In this document: positions 34,578 to 46,316 of the stretch, one piece after another | Position numbering within the stretch: position 1 is the stretch's first letter | Layout of the letters: the number at the start of each line of letters is the position of its first letter | From: Cyanophora paradoxa CCMP329 | Lineage: Eukaryota; Plantae; Glaucophyta | Reading direction: 5' to 3' | NCBI GenBank assembly: GCA_004431415.1 | Contig: QPMI01000518.1 | Coordinates: 24,796-88,795, forward strand | Length of the DNA stretch: 64,000 bases | Program-made: the position numbers and the translations under genes | Notes under the pieces: model-generated | What the model saw: the letters and a program-made list of their open reading frames with translations, nothing else | Database searches by the model: none | What the model was told of the DNA's origin: nothing

Positions 34578-35977
34578 CTATTTCCTCTGCCCTCTTCGTA
34601 GATTGAATCGAGTTTGGGGTGCAGTATATGTTTCTTTGGTGGTTGAAAAGTCATTATACCACCTCTGACTGTTGACTTCTGATAATTTCTGGGTTCCTGC
34701 TATGGTCAACTTCTTTAATTCTTTCTCTACTCTACCCTTCTTTTGTGCTCTTGCTTCTGTGAGGGGTTCTTTTGGTATTTCACTTGCTTTTTCTATGCCC
34801 TCCTTTCTGATTGCTGAATCAACCCTGGCTTCCTCCTTTGCCTGTTCAAGAGCATCCACTGTGGGAGTTTCATGATACTCAACACCTTTAATGGGCAGCA
34901 GTTCATGAAAAGCGAATCTACCATCAACTATCTCACCACTGGGACTTCTGATTCTGAACTTGAAGCCCTCTCTGCCCTCCACACTATAAACAATTCGAGA
35001 CCAATTAACCCCTTGCTTTGCAAATGGATTCTTTTCAACTTTCACTCTCACAAACATTCCAGGTTTCAGGGCATCAAGATACTCAATCGATTTCTTGAAT
35101 CTCTGATCCTCCATATTCACTATCTCTTTGTAGTGGGCTTCTGTGGTCTCTGCTGGTTTTCTCTTGGTTGCAGAGTGAATGGTATTATTATAATTATACT
35201 CAATATCACCCAACACATCAAAAAATCGTGCAGTATTATTTGCAATGCAGTAGTTTGTGATCAATCTCTTGATCTGTCTGTTAAAGGCTTCAATTCGACC
35301 TTGGGTTCTGTGATCTGCAACATCACTTAGTTGATGCTCAATGAATTTTGTTCCCAAATAATCTGTGAACAACACATTGGTAAATTCGCTTCCACTGTCA
35401 CTCTGAATGCGAACAATTGGTCTGGGGACTCTCTGTTCAAGTTGCTTGAATGCTGCAAGTGTAGTAAGAGCACTCTTGTCTCTCATTGGAATTATGAACC
35501 CTGTTCTCAGGGTTGACTCCATTGCACTCATAAATGTATCATAACCATCATTCTGCTTTTTGTATGCAGGAAAGAAGAGCAGATCAATCACATAGGTATC
35601 AAGGGTTGCCTTATTGGAATCATGGGATCTCTCTTTCGAGATAGGGTGGGTGCATTAATCTGGACGACCTCCTGCTTATCATACCACTCTCTCATCTTCT
35701 TGTAGTTCTCCTCTGGTAGTTCCTGTCTCATTGCAGTAAATCCCTTGTAGCCTGTCCTGGGATCATAGAACTTCTTAGCAATCTTCGACTCTTTTGGTGC
35801 TGTCTCAGCTGGGAGGGTCTCTGGGATTAATTGCTTGACCATCTCTGATCTTTTCAATATTCGACTGCTCTTCTCCTCCACTGGAACTGTGATGGGCAGG
35901 ATATTCCCTCGATCTTCAATTGCCTCTTTTCTTACAATTCTGGGTGGTTGTCTCAATCCTATTTGTGTAGAAGGCAT
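34578..35977 (-). CDS. Retroviral-type (rve) DDE integrase, Polinton family; one frameshift at ~35610
   Basis: N-terminal FYDPRTGY...EWYDKQEVVQ; catalytic VIDL, QSDSGSEF and GRIEAFNRQIK; YNNTIHSATKRKP. Adding one A in ATAAGG joins the two ORFs (IPIKATLDTYVIDL). Confidence 0.9.
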
Positions 35978-36160
35978 CTTTACCTTATCTCTCATATAAT
36001 AAATGCAAGAGTCTGTGTGGAAGGAGAACACAATTCCAAACTACTTTGCAATTGAGCCCAATGATCCAGGATTAAGATGTATATGGCTGCTGCATTTAAT
36101 TCGCGGTTTATTACTTCTTGGAGAGCGAAACCAAAGAAAAAGAAAGATTGATGAAGTAGA

Positions 36161-39100
36161 TTAGAGCCCAAATGGAATGCTGTGAATTCCATCGTCTAAT
36201 ATCTTCCTTTTGCTATCGAGTTGGTTTAGAGCCACCCTTCTGCTCTCCAAATCATATAGGTTGTGGTCTTGCCTTCGCTTGTTTACTACTGCTACTGTTT
36301 TGGTGATGCCTTCAAACAGGCATCTCTTGAAATCATCAAAGTGAACCTCTTTGGAGGAAGTCCCAGACATCTTTATTTTATCAAAGGTCTCAGTTCTGAA
36401 AGCATAGAGTTTCGATCTCAGACCTACATACTCCACAATCTTTGCATTTGGAAACTCGTTTTTATATTTACCTGGAATCAAACGATTGCTCCTATCAAAG
36501 AGAGGGTGGGTGGGATCATAATTACTGCAATCCAGGTGTCCAGCAATTCGCTTCATCTCATTATTTAGATCATTGGTATGCAGCAGGAGACAGAAAGAAT
36601 CTGTATCATGGAATAGTAGCTCTGCTGTTTCCCAAGTTCTCCTCACCACATCATAAAAGAACCTGCTATTGTGGAGTTTCGCGAAATCCAGCACAAAAGC
36701 ACCAATTGCAACAGGTTTATCTAAGTGAACATGCTTGGAATACATCTCAAAGGCAACAGCATTTTCGTTTAATACATTGGTTGCCTTGATGAGTGGACTT
36801 GCAGCATATTTCTTGCAAAGTTTCTCACTGTTTGCAATCTTTACCACAGAGCGACCCCTGCATGATTCGAGGCATTTACCATAGATTGCATTGTTCATTA
36901 ATTTAAAGAAGTCACTCTCGAATCTGGACATAGATTGGCGCCTCAGTTTCGTATTTAGATCAATATAACTCTTCATGAATGCAGAGGTTGCAAATGAGAG
37001 AACCCTGTGAACCTTCGTGATTATAATACCTTTGCTCACAAGATAGATCAAGAGAGGTTGGGAAATCACATAGTTATTTTTGGGTGAGAATGTTGCAGTG
37101 AGTTTGGGGTCTTTGCTTATCTTCTCACCTGTGATATCCAGTAACTTTCTTTGATACCCACCAGCATTTCGGTGGTGACATGTTCTTTATTAACTACAAG
37201 TGGAAAATCGTAATGATCTGTGAGAGTTTGTGGGTATTCCAGGTCAACTTCAATAAAGGCACTTCGTCCTTGGGTCTCTTTAAGTGCCTCTGAGACATCT
37301 TCCCATCGAAAATCTCCAATGGGCAGTTCTTGACTGAGAGCAAAACCATACAGATTATTTGCATCCAAGAGAACTATATGGTCATCTGGGTTTTCCACCT
37401 TTGCATATCGAGTAGGCATTGTAGCAAACCCACCTCGAATTGCTCTCTCAATGAATTCGTATTGCCCTACATCACTGATCTGCTCGATCTTTGCTCTGGT
37501 ATAAATGAGCATTGCATCCCAGGATAATCCAGGAGCCGAAACATAGTGGGCAGGATCCAATCCATATTGGGAAAACGCCAATTCTCGGAAAGTCTGGAAT
37601 TTACTCATAAGATCACCAGAATCCACTGCCTGGAAGTCCATGAAGTGCGAAGCATCTATGAATTTCCACATGCCCCATTGCAGGGAGAGGTATTGATCGA
37701 AATTCTTGCTCAGGATCTCAACACGAAGTTTATCATCTTGCTGTGCAATTTTGCGGAATATTTCGTGTCCACATTCATCCATGTGATCCACCACAATTGC
37801 TACTTTCGTTTGCTTTGAGATTCTCCTGTGGAGGTTGCAGTTTCGACATGCTTTCCCAATAAATGCTCCTGATTGATGACAATGGTCTCTCACTGGGAAA
37901 TTCTCATGGGTAAATCGTTCAGCACAGATATAACAGTGTTTAGTGATCTTGTATTGTGCTTTCTGCTCTTCTGTGAGTGGGTGCATTGGAATATTGGTGA
38001 ATAGAGTGCGGATTACTTGGGGTCTGATCTCTGTGAGAGTGGTAAACAGAGCACCAAGTGGATCTGATCCCTCGAAATAATGAGAGATCACCTCATCCCC
38101 CATCACAACTGTTAAAGAAACCGATTTGACCGCTCTTTTACTGCGGTTCTCATCAATTGGAACCGAGTGACTATCCATTTTTACATAGCAGATAGTGGGA
38201 AGCCACACAGTTTTGCGAAGGTGTTGAAGCCCAAATGCAATGTGACTTCCAGATTTCGGGCATTTACCTTTGCTCTCCCTCCAATCAATGCAGCGATTGG
38301 CTTCTAAGTGAATGTCCAGCTTCTCCTGAGTTCTGAAACGAGACAGACAGGTCTCACAGTAATAAATGCGACCATCATGGGCTTTATCAAAGGTGGTTTT
38401 CAGAAGTCTACTCAGAGACATGATGGTGATATAATGCCCTCTATCATCCTCTTCGTTTTCGATTAATAAAAGGTTAATCTTGGTCTTTCTCCTGGGGTTG
38501 CTGGATTGATGGAGAGGATAGAAACACTGTGCTTGATTATCTGCACCATAAATGTTGATTGAGAGTTCAGGGTTCTGCTCCTCAAATCGATCAATAACCT
38601 CTGCATCACAGGCAACTGGAAACTGGATGCCTTCGAAATTGAGTTCGTTTAACCATCTTCTATACTGGCTGGGTTCATTGCTCTTGTGTTTATTAATATC
38701 ATTTCGGTGCAGGTAAGCCAAGATTGCATACTTGAAGCAGTCTTGACCATCAATATTCTTAACATTCACAGTTGCTCTCTTTGATCCAATCCACTCAGGT
38801 GTTGAGAAGAAGCAACCACCCACAGGAGCATAAGACATTATTACCACTCTCAGCATCTCAATGCGATCCAGTCTGTAACTGTCAACCTGCATCATCTGTT
38901 CCTGCATAGATTGAAGGGCATTTCGCAGTTCAACATCAATATTTCGTGATCTTGTGATGACAAAGTAATCACTGTAAATGAATTTGGTGATCCACACCCT
39001 TGGATCACTCACTTTGGTGAATTTACAAATGAAGGTCAACCGAGTTTTAATTGCTCTCAGGTCTTGGAGTTTCTGTCTGAGTCTCTGTGGTAGAGTAGTT

Positions 39101-39441
39101 GCAATTCTCTCCAAGAATTCAATCCCATCTTGGATAACCTCCCCTCTTGCTCGATAGGTCAACCAAGAATATGCTTTGTTCATTGCTTCCCCATCTTCAA
39201 TCTCTGGTGCAATCGCTCCCAACCTTAAACCTTCATCCCTGAATTCCTCCATTTTCTCAAAACGATCATACAGTCGATTTGTAATTTCTGTGAGTTGAGA
39301 TAATCTTGGTCTCCTATCCAGGATTGCTGCCTGGCGATCATATTCGAATTCTGTAATATCACCAGTAACTAAAAGGGTTCCTAAAAGACCGAGTATTTCG
39401 TTTTTCTTTTCTTTGATGATTCTATTTGATTGGCGGGGCAT
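36161..39441 (-). CDS. polB: Protein-primed family B DNA polymerase (pPolB) with degenerate exonuclease domain; one frameshift at ~37160
   Basis: DANNLYG, KLMNNAIYGK, HDTDS and GLRSKLY polymerase motifs; RDHCH..G..C..CN zinc module; N-terminal CFKYAIL...GHY protease-like region after VGG. Confidence 0.92.
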
Positions 39442-39497
39442 CTTTTACTTTAAGGGAACATATTATTTTGGGGCGTTTTAAACGCATTTTCCATTTT

Positions 39498-39689
39498 TCA
39501 GGTTCTAATGATTCGCACATTCGTGCCTTTGGGGACATATACATTAACTGTGTCGAGTCTGCTTGCATAAACACGCTTCTTTTGATAGGTTCTACCATAA
39601 CCTGCTCTGATCTTTGCAATATAATCCGCCACCTCTGCAATATCATTCTTTTCGACAAGCTGCTGCCGAATTTCATCAAAATAATCCAT
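39498..39689 (-). CDS. Hypothetical protein, 63 aa
   Basis: Clean ATG ORF with AAAAATTGAC 48 nt upstream. Confidence 0.55.
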   Translation of the reverse strand: MDYFDEIRQQLVEKNDIAEVADYIAKIRAGYGRTYQKKRVYASRLDTVNVYVPKGTNVRIIRT

Positions 39690-39834
39690 TTTCTGTCTTA
39701 GTCAAGTGAAATACGCAACCATCCCTTAAATCGCCAGTCAATTTTTGTCACAACACAACGATTTTCGATACGTTTTTATATTGTCCGATTAAGAATCGAA
39801 ACAGTCATCGACCCACAGGGGGCGTCTGTGGTTA

Positions 39835-39972
39835 ATTGGGTGTGACGCCTGTGACGCCTGTGACACCTGTTTTCAGAGGTTTGTAGATTTTTGAAATTTT
39901 AAAAAGTTTGAAAGCAGGCGTCACAGGCGTCACAGGCGTCACACTCAATTAAAAAGGTGTCACAGCTGTCAC
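39835..39972. promoter_or_regulatory. Internal copy of the TIR iteron palindrome immediately downstream of the primase-helicase gene
   Basis: gtgacgcctgtgacgcctgtgacacct...aggcgtcacaggcgtcacaggcgtcac, with a spacer similar but not identical to the TIR units. Confidence 0.7.
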
Positions 39973-40041
39973 ACAAACCATTTACAGTAAGTTTTTAAAA
40001 AATAAGAAATTAAATCAGTATTAGAATCGATTCTGTTTTGT

Positions 40042-42403
40042 TTACTCATCCCCACCTTCAACATCACTGTCATCCACCAACTTGCGACTATGCTTCTTTT
40101 TGATCCCAAAGTAGCCACGAGCAAGAACACCATTGACTCGCTTTCTCTCAGCCTTCACATTAAAGACTTCGCGAAGTCTCTTCAAGATAGTGCATTCTGT
40201 GATTTTCTCATCAGATTTGCCCATGTGATCTATCTTAAAGTGACTGATAATGGACTCACTTGTGGCGAAATCCCCTTGACTCTTGGTGAGTTCATAACTC
40301 TCACGAATCCATTCTCCAATCTTGTCATTCTCATTGAAATATTCAACACCTTGATCAACAATGGACTGGGGTGGTTTGGTGACGAATTCATTGAGAGAAT
40401 GGGTTCTCCACATTTCCAGGAGAATGGACATATGCGCCATTTTATAATCGTCATCATTCTTCATTAGGCGCATGAGAGTGGTGTCTGCTTTCTTCTCACC
40501 AGGCTGAGGATCGACCTTGAAGACATTTTCGAATCGGTAGTAGATAATTCGCCTTTGAATTGCTGCATCTGGTTTACTGATTCCCAAGTTGTCATTTGTG
40601 GACAAGAACAACTGGAACATGGGAATGAATGTAACAAGATCTTTGAAAAGAGCTCGAACCTTCATCTCATTCCCACCAGTAACCTGTTTGATTTTGTTCA
40701 GTTGAAGCATATCACCATCTTCTGCTTCATTACTGAAAACAATTCGTTTACCAAGAATGCAAGCGAGTTCTGGGGAAGCCTCTGACGAACTCTTCTTGGG
40801 TTTAGTCCAATATGTCATGTCCAGTGACCCATAATACTCACCAAATGTGTCTTTCACCAACTCTTGGAGCAGTGATTTCCCATTTGCTCCAATTCCAGTC
40901 CAGCAAGTGTATCTCTGATTTTCTGTCAAACCACTCAGGGCATAGGCAATTAATCCCATCATAAATTCGCGGTTTTCATCAGATTCGATAATATCTGCAT
41001 AGATGGATTTAATCTTCGCAACTTTCTCTTGGTCAATTTCTGTGGTGTAATCGTAGCCAACAGTCTTACTCACCATATCATCTGGGAGTCCCTGTCGAAA
41101 AGTCATGGAGTTCAGGTCAAACACACCATTTGTAAATCCAATGATGTTGGGAACAGTATCAAGTCTCTCGAAAAAGGTCTTGTCACTGAACAGAACTGAA
41201 AGATCAGACATAAGTGCAGTTCTGTATGTAGTCTGTTTGAGGCTCTTAGCAATTCCAGCAGAATCTTTGACCTTTCCTCCAAGGAATTGCGGTTCTCTTC
41301 ATCACGAAGTGCTCTCTGTGCGAGTTGAACAGAACGTTGAAGATAAACTGGACAGACCTTGCAGCTCAAACAGAGAAAGATTCGCTTCCCAGTTTCATCC
41401 ATCTCCCAAATCCCACATACATCATTGAACTTGAACCAGGTCTTGTTGGAATACTTGTATTTGTCTTGCAGAACAAGATAGGCAACCTGTGCAACATCAT
41501 AATGGGCACCATCAGATCCAGCAGACCGATCAATCAGATTTTCGATCTTCACATCTGTCTCTTCCTTCACACGAACTGTGATGCTTCGCTTTTTGCAGTT
41601 TGCACTGTAACTCGAAACAATATATTTGTCCTTCTCCTTCCCTTGAACAATATACCAATTGTTCGAGTCATGGCTTCCCTTGCAGCAGGGACAGATCAGA
41701 CCTTTGTTCTCAGCAGTGAAATTGTATCCCATCTTGGTCTCATTGATGATTGTGGGCAAGATGAAACCGAATTCTTCGAGTTTAGAAAGAATATGTTTCT
41801 GCAAATTCTCCTCAGCGCACCTTGCATAATAAGAATGTGCACCTTTGGGGAATTCGTAGTTTTCAACAATCCACTTTTGCAACTCAGCAGTGGGTTCATT
41901 TAACTCACACTCAGATGCCCATGGCTCTCTGATCCATGTTTTGTTGGGACTGGGACAAACATTAATTACCCAGCAGTCCCAGTGGATGCAATCGTTTTGC
42001 AGTCGATCTTGGGGTTTCCTTTGAATGCACCTGCTTTATCCCAGATCTTAATGGTGTCGAATTCAGCAGGTCGAGCGAAATAAGCATGATATCCTTTTTT
42101 GGTTTTAGCAAGTGGATTAACACCACCGAAATCATCAGGGAATTGCTCCTCGAATTTGGCGAAATCCTCCTCTTGGTCGAAGTCAATAACCATGATATTA
42201 CGAGCAAGAATGCCCCAAGCAGTATATTTACCGGATTTCAGGGCTTCATCGAATTTATCCCAAGTCCAGGATCCGTCTTTATGAGCGAAAAGCGGTCTCT
42301 TGGTATCAGGATCAACAGGAATTACGAGATTCTCAGACAGGACATCGTCTTCACGAAGCCAGTCAACAAGGCGTTTCAGGGATTTCTTGGCGGCAGCGTT
42401 CAT
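40042..42403 (-). CDS. PrimPol (bifunctional primase-polymerase) + Zn finger + D5-like SF3 helicase; frameshifts at ~41970 and ~41255
   Basis: VIPV...KRP, IMVIDFD and KTKKGYHAYF (AEP motifs); CPCCKGSH; IGFTNGVFDL; WTGIGANGKS Walker A; IKQVTGG and RALF. A single added G in each of two G runs restores one ~790-aa frame. Confidence 0.9.
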
Positions 42404-42597
42404 TTCGAAAATCGGGGGCTTCTTACACTTAATGGAGAAATTAATTTCTCCGGATCCTTGTCATTTTTTGGCGGCTAACCTTTAAATACCTTTGGGTTTT
42501 CCGATTGGCGCTCGATATATGGTAATGATCCATCGAAAAGTCGATTGATCATGGTAACAAAAAGGATTCAGCGGATATCTGGGACTTTGGGGGCGGT

Positions 42598-42825
42598 TCA
42601 GTATTTTCTGGGACGACCTACTGGGCGTTTGACTGGATTATTGGGATCCATCTCAGCAGCTTTCCTGCGATAATATCGTTCCAGTGCCTTTTTACGATAT
42701 AATTCACGAAATTCCTCATCTTGATAACGTTTCTGGAAATACAAGCGGTCATACAACCTTTTCCTCTCATTGGGATCCATTTCGCTCATTGCAAGTTCGA
42801 ATTCGACCACAGATTCAGTTTCCAT
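42598..42825 (-). CDS. Small basic protein with C-terminal AT-hook-like motif (RPVGRPRK)
   Basis: 75 aa with an R/K/Y-rich helix and GRPRK; upstream AAAAAATGAC motif. Confidence 0.7.
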   Translation of the reverse strand: METESVVEFELAMSEMDPNERKRLYDRLYFQKRYQDEEFRELYRKKALERYYRRKAAEMDPNNPVKRPVGRPRKY

Positions 42826-43025
42826 TTGATATGTTCCTTATAATGGGACGAGAAAATAATTTGTCCGGTTCACCAATCAAACACACCTTACCCTTAAATC
42901 CCTTGTCATTTTTTGCAGATCGAGACCAGTTCCTGTCTACGCTTTTTTATTGCGGCTTCTGTTGCATATTCAGCGGATTTCCTTTCAAGGATAGCATAGA
43001 TCTCAGAGAGACTGAGCATTCGATA

Positions 43026-43259
43026 TTAATTACCGAGATTTAATTTCGGATCTGTGAAAGATACAGACCTGCGCCTCACTGTCTCTGTTTTAATATGCTC
43101 TTCGAAATCCACCGAATCTGTGGATAATCGCCTACCACCAGATCCATGACTCTCAGTGTCAGAGAATTCGATTTCGACTTTGGTTTCACAGCAGCCACTG
43201 TGACAATTGCTCACAATGTGGAGATTGAACATCTCTATGAGTTTTCGCAAGAAATCCAT
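43026..43259 (-). CDS. Hypothetical protein, 77 aa, SNCHSGCC motif
   Basis: Clean ORF in a tightly packed gene array. Confidence 0.6.
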   Translation of the reverse strand: MDFLRKLIEMFNLHIVSNCHSGCCETKVEIEFSDTESHGSGGRRLSTDSVDFEEHIKTETVRRRSVSFTDPKLNLGN

Positions 43260-43286
43260 GATGCTCTCTCTCTTAATGCGAGATAA

Positions 43287-44021
43287 TTAAAGCCAAACTC
43301 GTCGTTTATATACTGTTGGGGCAACACCTTTATCGACCTCTGATTTGGTAGCACCAGGTTCAATGGTGCCCTTCTGGGTTTTGGTCTTCATCTCATCAAC
43401 TGCCTGCTCATCAATTTGAGTCTCTTTCTTACCAATGAACTGCTTATCTGGGAGACCAGTGATTCCCATTCTATACACCTCCTTTCGCAGCATCTCCTTC
43501 AATTTCGCTCTCTCTTTCTTCTCAGAGACATACTGTTCGAGAGCACTCGATTTCGCTTCCAGATCTTTCAGTTTCGCAGTCATTTCGTCCCATTGGGCTT
43601 TGGGAATTCGATGAATATTCTGTGTAGGTGCGACCTTGTAGGTGACCTCACCAGCCATGGATTGAATTACCTTGTCTGATTCTTTGGAGACACCTTCACC
43701 TTTGCGAGCCAGTGAGAGATCTTGCAGACCCAGTCCTTTATCATCAGCAGCACCAATAATTCGACGAGCACCTTCACCAACTGCCTTCATCTTAGAGGTT
43801 TCGGGCGAAATATTGAGTTGATCACTGGTGGATGCTTGGGGCGCTTTATCATCTGGTGATTCTTCGTAAGCAGCATTGAGGGGATCTTCTTGTTGCTGTG
43901 ATGCTTTAACTTCATTGACACCATTGAATTTCATGGGCTCTGTGTTAATAGAACCGGTTCCAGAGGATGCAGAATATGACATAGCACCAGCAGGAACACC
44001 AACTTTGCGTTTGGAAGGCAT
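43287..44021 (-). CDS. Hypothetical low-complexity charged protein (candidate virion core protein)
   Basis: 244 aa, downstream of the ATPase; C-terminal TKSEVDKGVAP resembles TKTKVDKKVAP in element 2. Confidence 0.65.
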   Translation of the reverse strand: MPSKRKVGVPAGAMSYSASSGTGSINTEPMKFNGVNEVKASQQQEDPLNAAYEESPDDKAPQASTSDQLNISPETSKMKAVGEGARRIIGAADDKGLGLQDLSLARKGEGVSKESDKVIQSMAGEVTYKVAPTQNIHRIPKAQWDEMTAKLKDLEAKSSALEQYVSEKKERAKLKEMLRKEVYRMGITGLPDKQFIGKKETQIDEQAVDEMKTKTQKGTIEPGATKSEVDKGVAPTVYKRRVWL

Positions 44022-44072
44022 TGTATATTTATTAGAAGCAGAGATTATTTTATAAACCTCTCTTATATCGCA

Positions 44073-44830
44073 TCAGTTTATTCGAATGAACACCACTCTT
44101 GACCTCTTTGGGGCTTCCTCTTTCTGTGGAGGTGGTAATTCGTCCTCTTTCTTTTTGGGCTTCCTGTGGAACCGAGGAAACTTAAAGTCTTTAACGAGTT
44201 CCGCTTTATCAACGTAGTATTCCACCGAATAATTCGCAGAACTCCAAATGAGAAACTGATAGGAGTGAACGTATTCCTCAAACATCTTATAGAAAGCGTC
44301 TTTATCCCGCATGATATTGTATTCTTCTTCAATGGCTTCCAGTTCTTTGCGATTGGCGGCACTGAGGAACATTGCATAATCCGAATTGACGCGAATGGTT
44401 GAAGAAACCTTACGCAGTTTCTGAGTTATGCAGAAAATTGTAATCGCCGAGTGGCGGCCGCGCGAATACAGAGATCCAATAATTTTATCACGGGTAAGGT
44501 CTACAATCTCATTGTCTATAAGATCATCGAGAACAACACATAATTGATTAACGGGTTCTCCTTTCTCAATTTTCTCTTGTCTTTCATCGAGAAGTTTAGC
44601 GATGTAAGGCGCATCCCATTTACCGAGCTGTAATGTTGCGACATCATCCCAAAAATGATTGAATGATGTCCCACTTATAACAAGAACAACATCTAACTTT
44701 TTCGCATCGTGAAGTTGTTTTAGCCAATATTTTACGGCTTCTGACTTGCCCGTCGCGCTTTTCCGATTGCTAATACGCGAAAAGGGGGTTTAATCATCTC
44801 AGCAGCATTAAATTCGGGAACGTCAGACAT
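44073..44830 (-). CDS. A32-like (FtsK/HerA) genome packaging ATPase; one frameshift at ~44760
   Basis: Hand translation: MSDVPEF...RVLAIGK[+A]SATGKS (Walker A), CVVLDDL (Walker B), SRGRH, CITQ and TIRVNSDY, in frame with ORF 44073-44372. Confidence 0.9.
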
Positions 44831-44892
44831 GGCTTTGTAGATCTTTCTTATTAAAGATAGATAAAAATAACGAAACGTTACTGATAATGGTT

Positions 44893-46290
44893 TTACAGAT
44901 TAATGCGACGAAGACCATCTTTGTCAACAATAATGAAACTGTGCATGAGAGCACGAACATTAACTGTGATTGTCTGGTCAGAAGGCATGTATAGAGTAAG
45001 GAAAGAAGAGGAGGAGTTCGTGAGATCAACATAGCCAGACTGGGCAATGTTGCGAATCGCTTTCTCTCCATCAACACAGAATGGTAGACCACTGAGGACA
45101 TATTTGTCTGCAACCTTGTCCATATTTGAGCACTTGAAGGCATCCGCAATTAATTCGGCACCTTTGAGGAGAGGGATGGGCTCAGTAGCATAGAGACGTT
45201 GACCATTAATTTCAACAGTGAAAGTAATGTCTTTTGAGTTAGCATGCGTTTTTAGGACACTGTGGGAACCATTGAAACCATCAATACCTGCGGCATCACG
45301 AACTGAAACAAGAAGACCATAGACAAGACCAGAGATCTGTGACAGGTTAATACGATTTGGTTGAGCATTGCCTTTTGCAGCAAAATTGACACTGTCAACA
45401 AAACCAATATCCAGAGCAGGAATAGCCATACCAGTGGTCTTCACCTTCTCAATGACAGTAGCAAACAGTTCATCAGAAACATTAATAGCATGCATGTAAA
45501 GACGAGGAGAAGTGACTTTAATTTCGGGGGTTGTTCCAGAGATGGTGAAAGTGGTGATCTGTTGACCAACATGGGCAAGAGTAGCATTAGCAGTAGCACC
45601 AAGTCCATCATCCTCTGTCTTATCAGCAGCTGTTCCACCAACAACTGGAAGAGCACGACCACCATAAGAAGTCTCAACATAACCCTTTCCAGCATCCTTG
45701 AACCAGACAGTCACCACCATTTCTCCTGTGAGAGCACCAAGAGGGAGGTAGTGGTTTAGCCATGGGACGGGGATTTCAACAAAGAATGACCCACCAAGTC
45801 GGTTGGTTCCATGGGCAGGGATACCATGAACCATACCCATTGAACGCTTCTTCTTGGCGAGTTGATCCTCACTGTAATAGATAAGAGGGAAATGAGCAAG
45901 GAAATCAGAAGGCACATGGAAAGTGTAAGATCCATAGGTGATTTCAAGTCGAGAGACAAGAGCACCAACTGGGCGAACGTATCCATTGCGAACAAGGTCG
46001 GTATCACCAGCAAAAGTGACAGCTGGAAGGTCAAACGCAAGTTCGAGTTTTCCACAGAAATTGTAGCGAGGGAGCTTGAAAGAAATGCGATTTCCAGCAT
46101 TATTCTCGAAAGTGTTGCTTGGGTTCACAACAACAAGAACTGGCTTCGACTTGGATTCAAGACCAAGCATGAGAGAGTTGTCCAGGAAGAACGCCTTGGC
46201 TTCTTCCGGGTTGTTAGAGCTTCTTTCAGAGAAAGACGTTGGAGGGTCGAAGTAATATCCATGATTATCTCTTTTATTATACTGCAACAT
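44893..46290 (-). CDS. Major capsid protein (double jelly-roll, PLV type); true start may be the ATG at 46262 with a frameshift at ~46208
   Basis: ~460 aa, beta-rich, between penton and ATPase; ISFKLPR...ALVSRLEITYG pattern. The alternative N-terminus MDITSTLQRLSLKEALTT matches LKELLTT of the element 2 MCP. Confidence 0.75.
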   Translation of the reverse strand: MLQYNKRDNHGYYFDPPTSFSERSSNNPEEAKAFFLDNSLMLGLESKSKPVLVVVNPSNTFENNAGNRISFKLPRYNFCGKLELAFDLPAVTFAGDTDLVRNGYVRPVGALVSRLEITYGSYTFHVPSDFLAHFPLIYYSEDQLAKKKRSMGMVHGIPAHGTNRLGGSFFVEIPVPWLNHYLPLGALTGEMVVTVWFKDAGKGYVETSYGGRALPVVGGTAADKTEDDGLGATANATLAHVGQQITTFTISGTTPEIKVTSPRLYMHAINVSDELFATVIEKVKTTGMAIPALDIGFVDSVNFAAKGNAQPNRINLSQISGLVYGLLVSVRDAAGIDGFNGSHSVLKTHANSKDITFTVEINGQRLYATEPIPLLKGAELIADAFKCSNMDKVADKYVLSGLPFCVDGEKAIRNIAQSGYVDLTNSSSSFLTLYMPSDQTITVNVRALMHSFIIVDKDGLRRINL

Positions 46291-46316
46291 AAAAAATTCA
46301 CCAATGATCCTTGATT

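Noticed and set aside
35992-36192. 66-aa hydrophobic ORF between pPolB and integrase
   Set aside because: It overlaps the pPolB end and has no recognisable motif; it cannot be supported.
34578-44830. Programmed ribosomal frameshifting in the core viral genes
   Set aside because: There are too many sites, no shared slippery motif, and the same single-base losses occur between the non-coding TIR copies; sequencing error is simpler.
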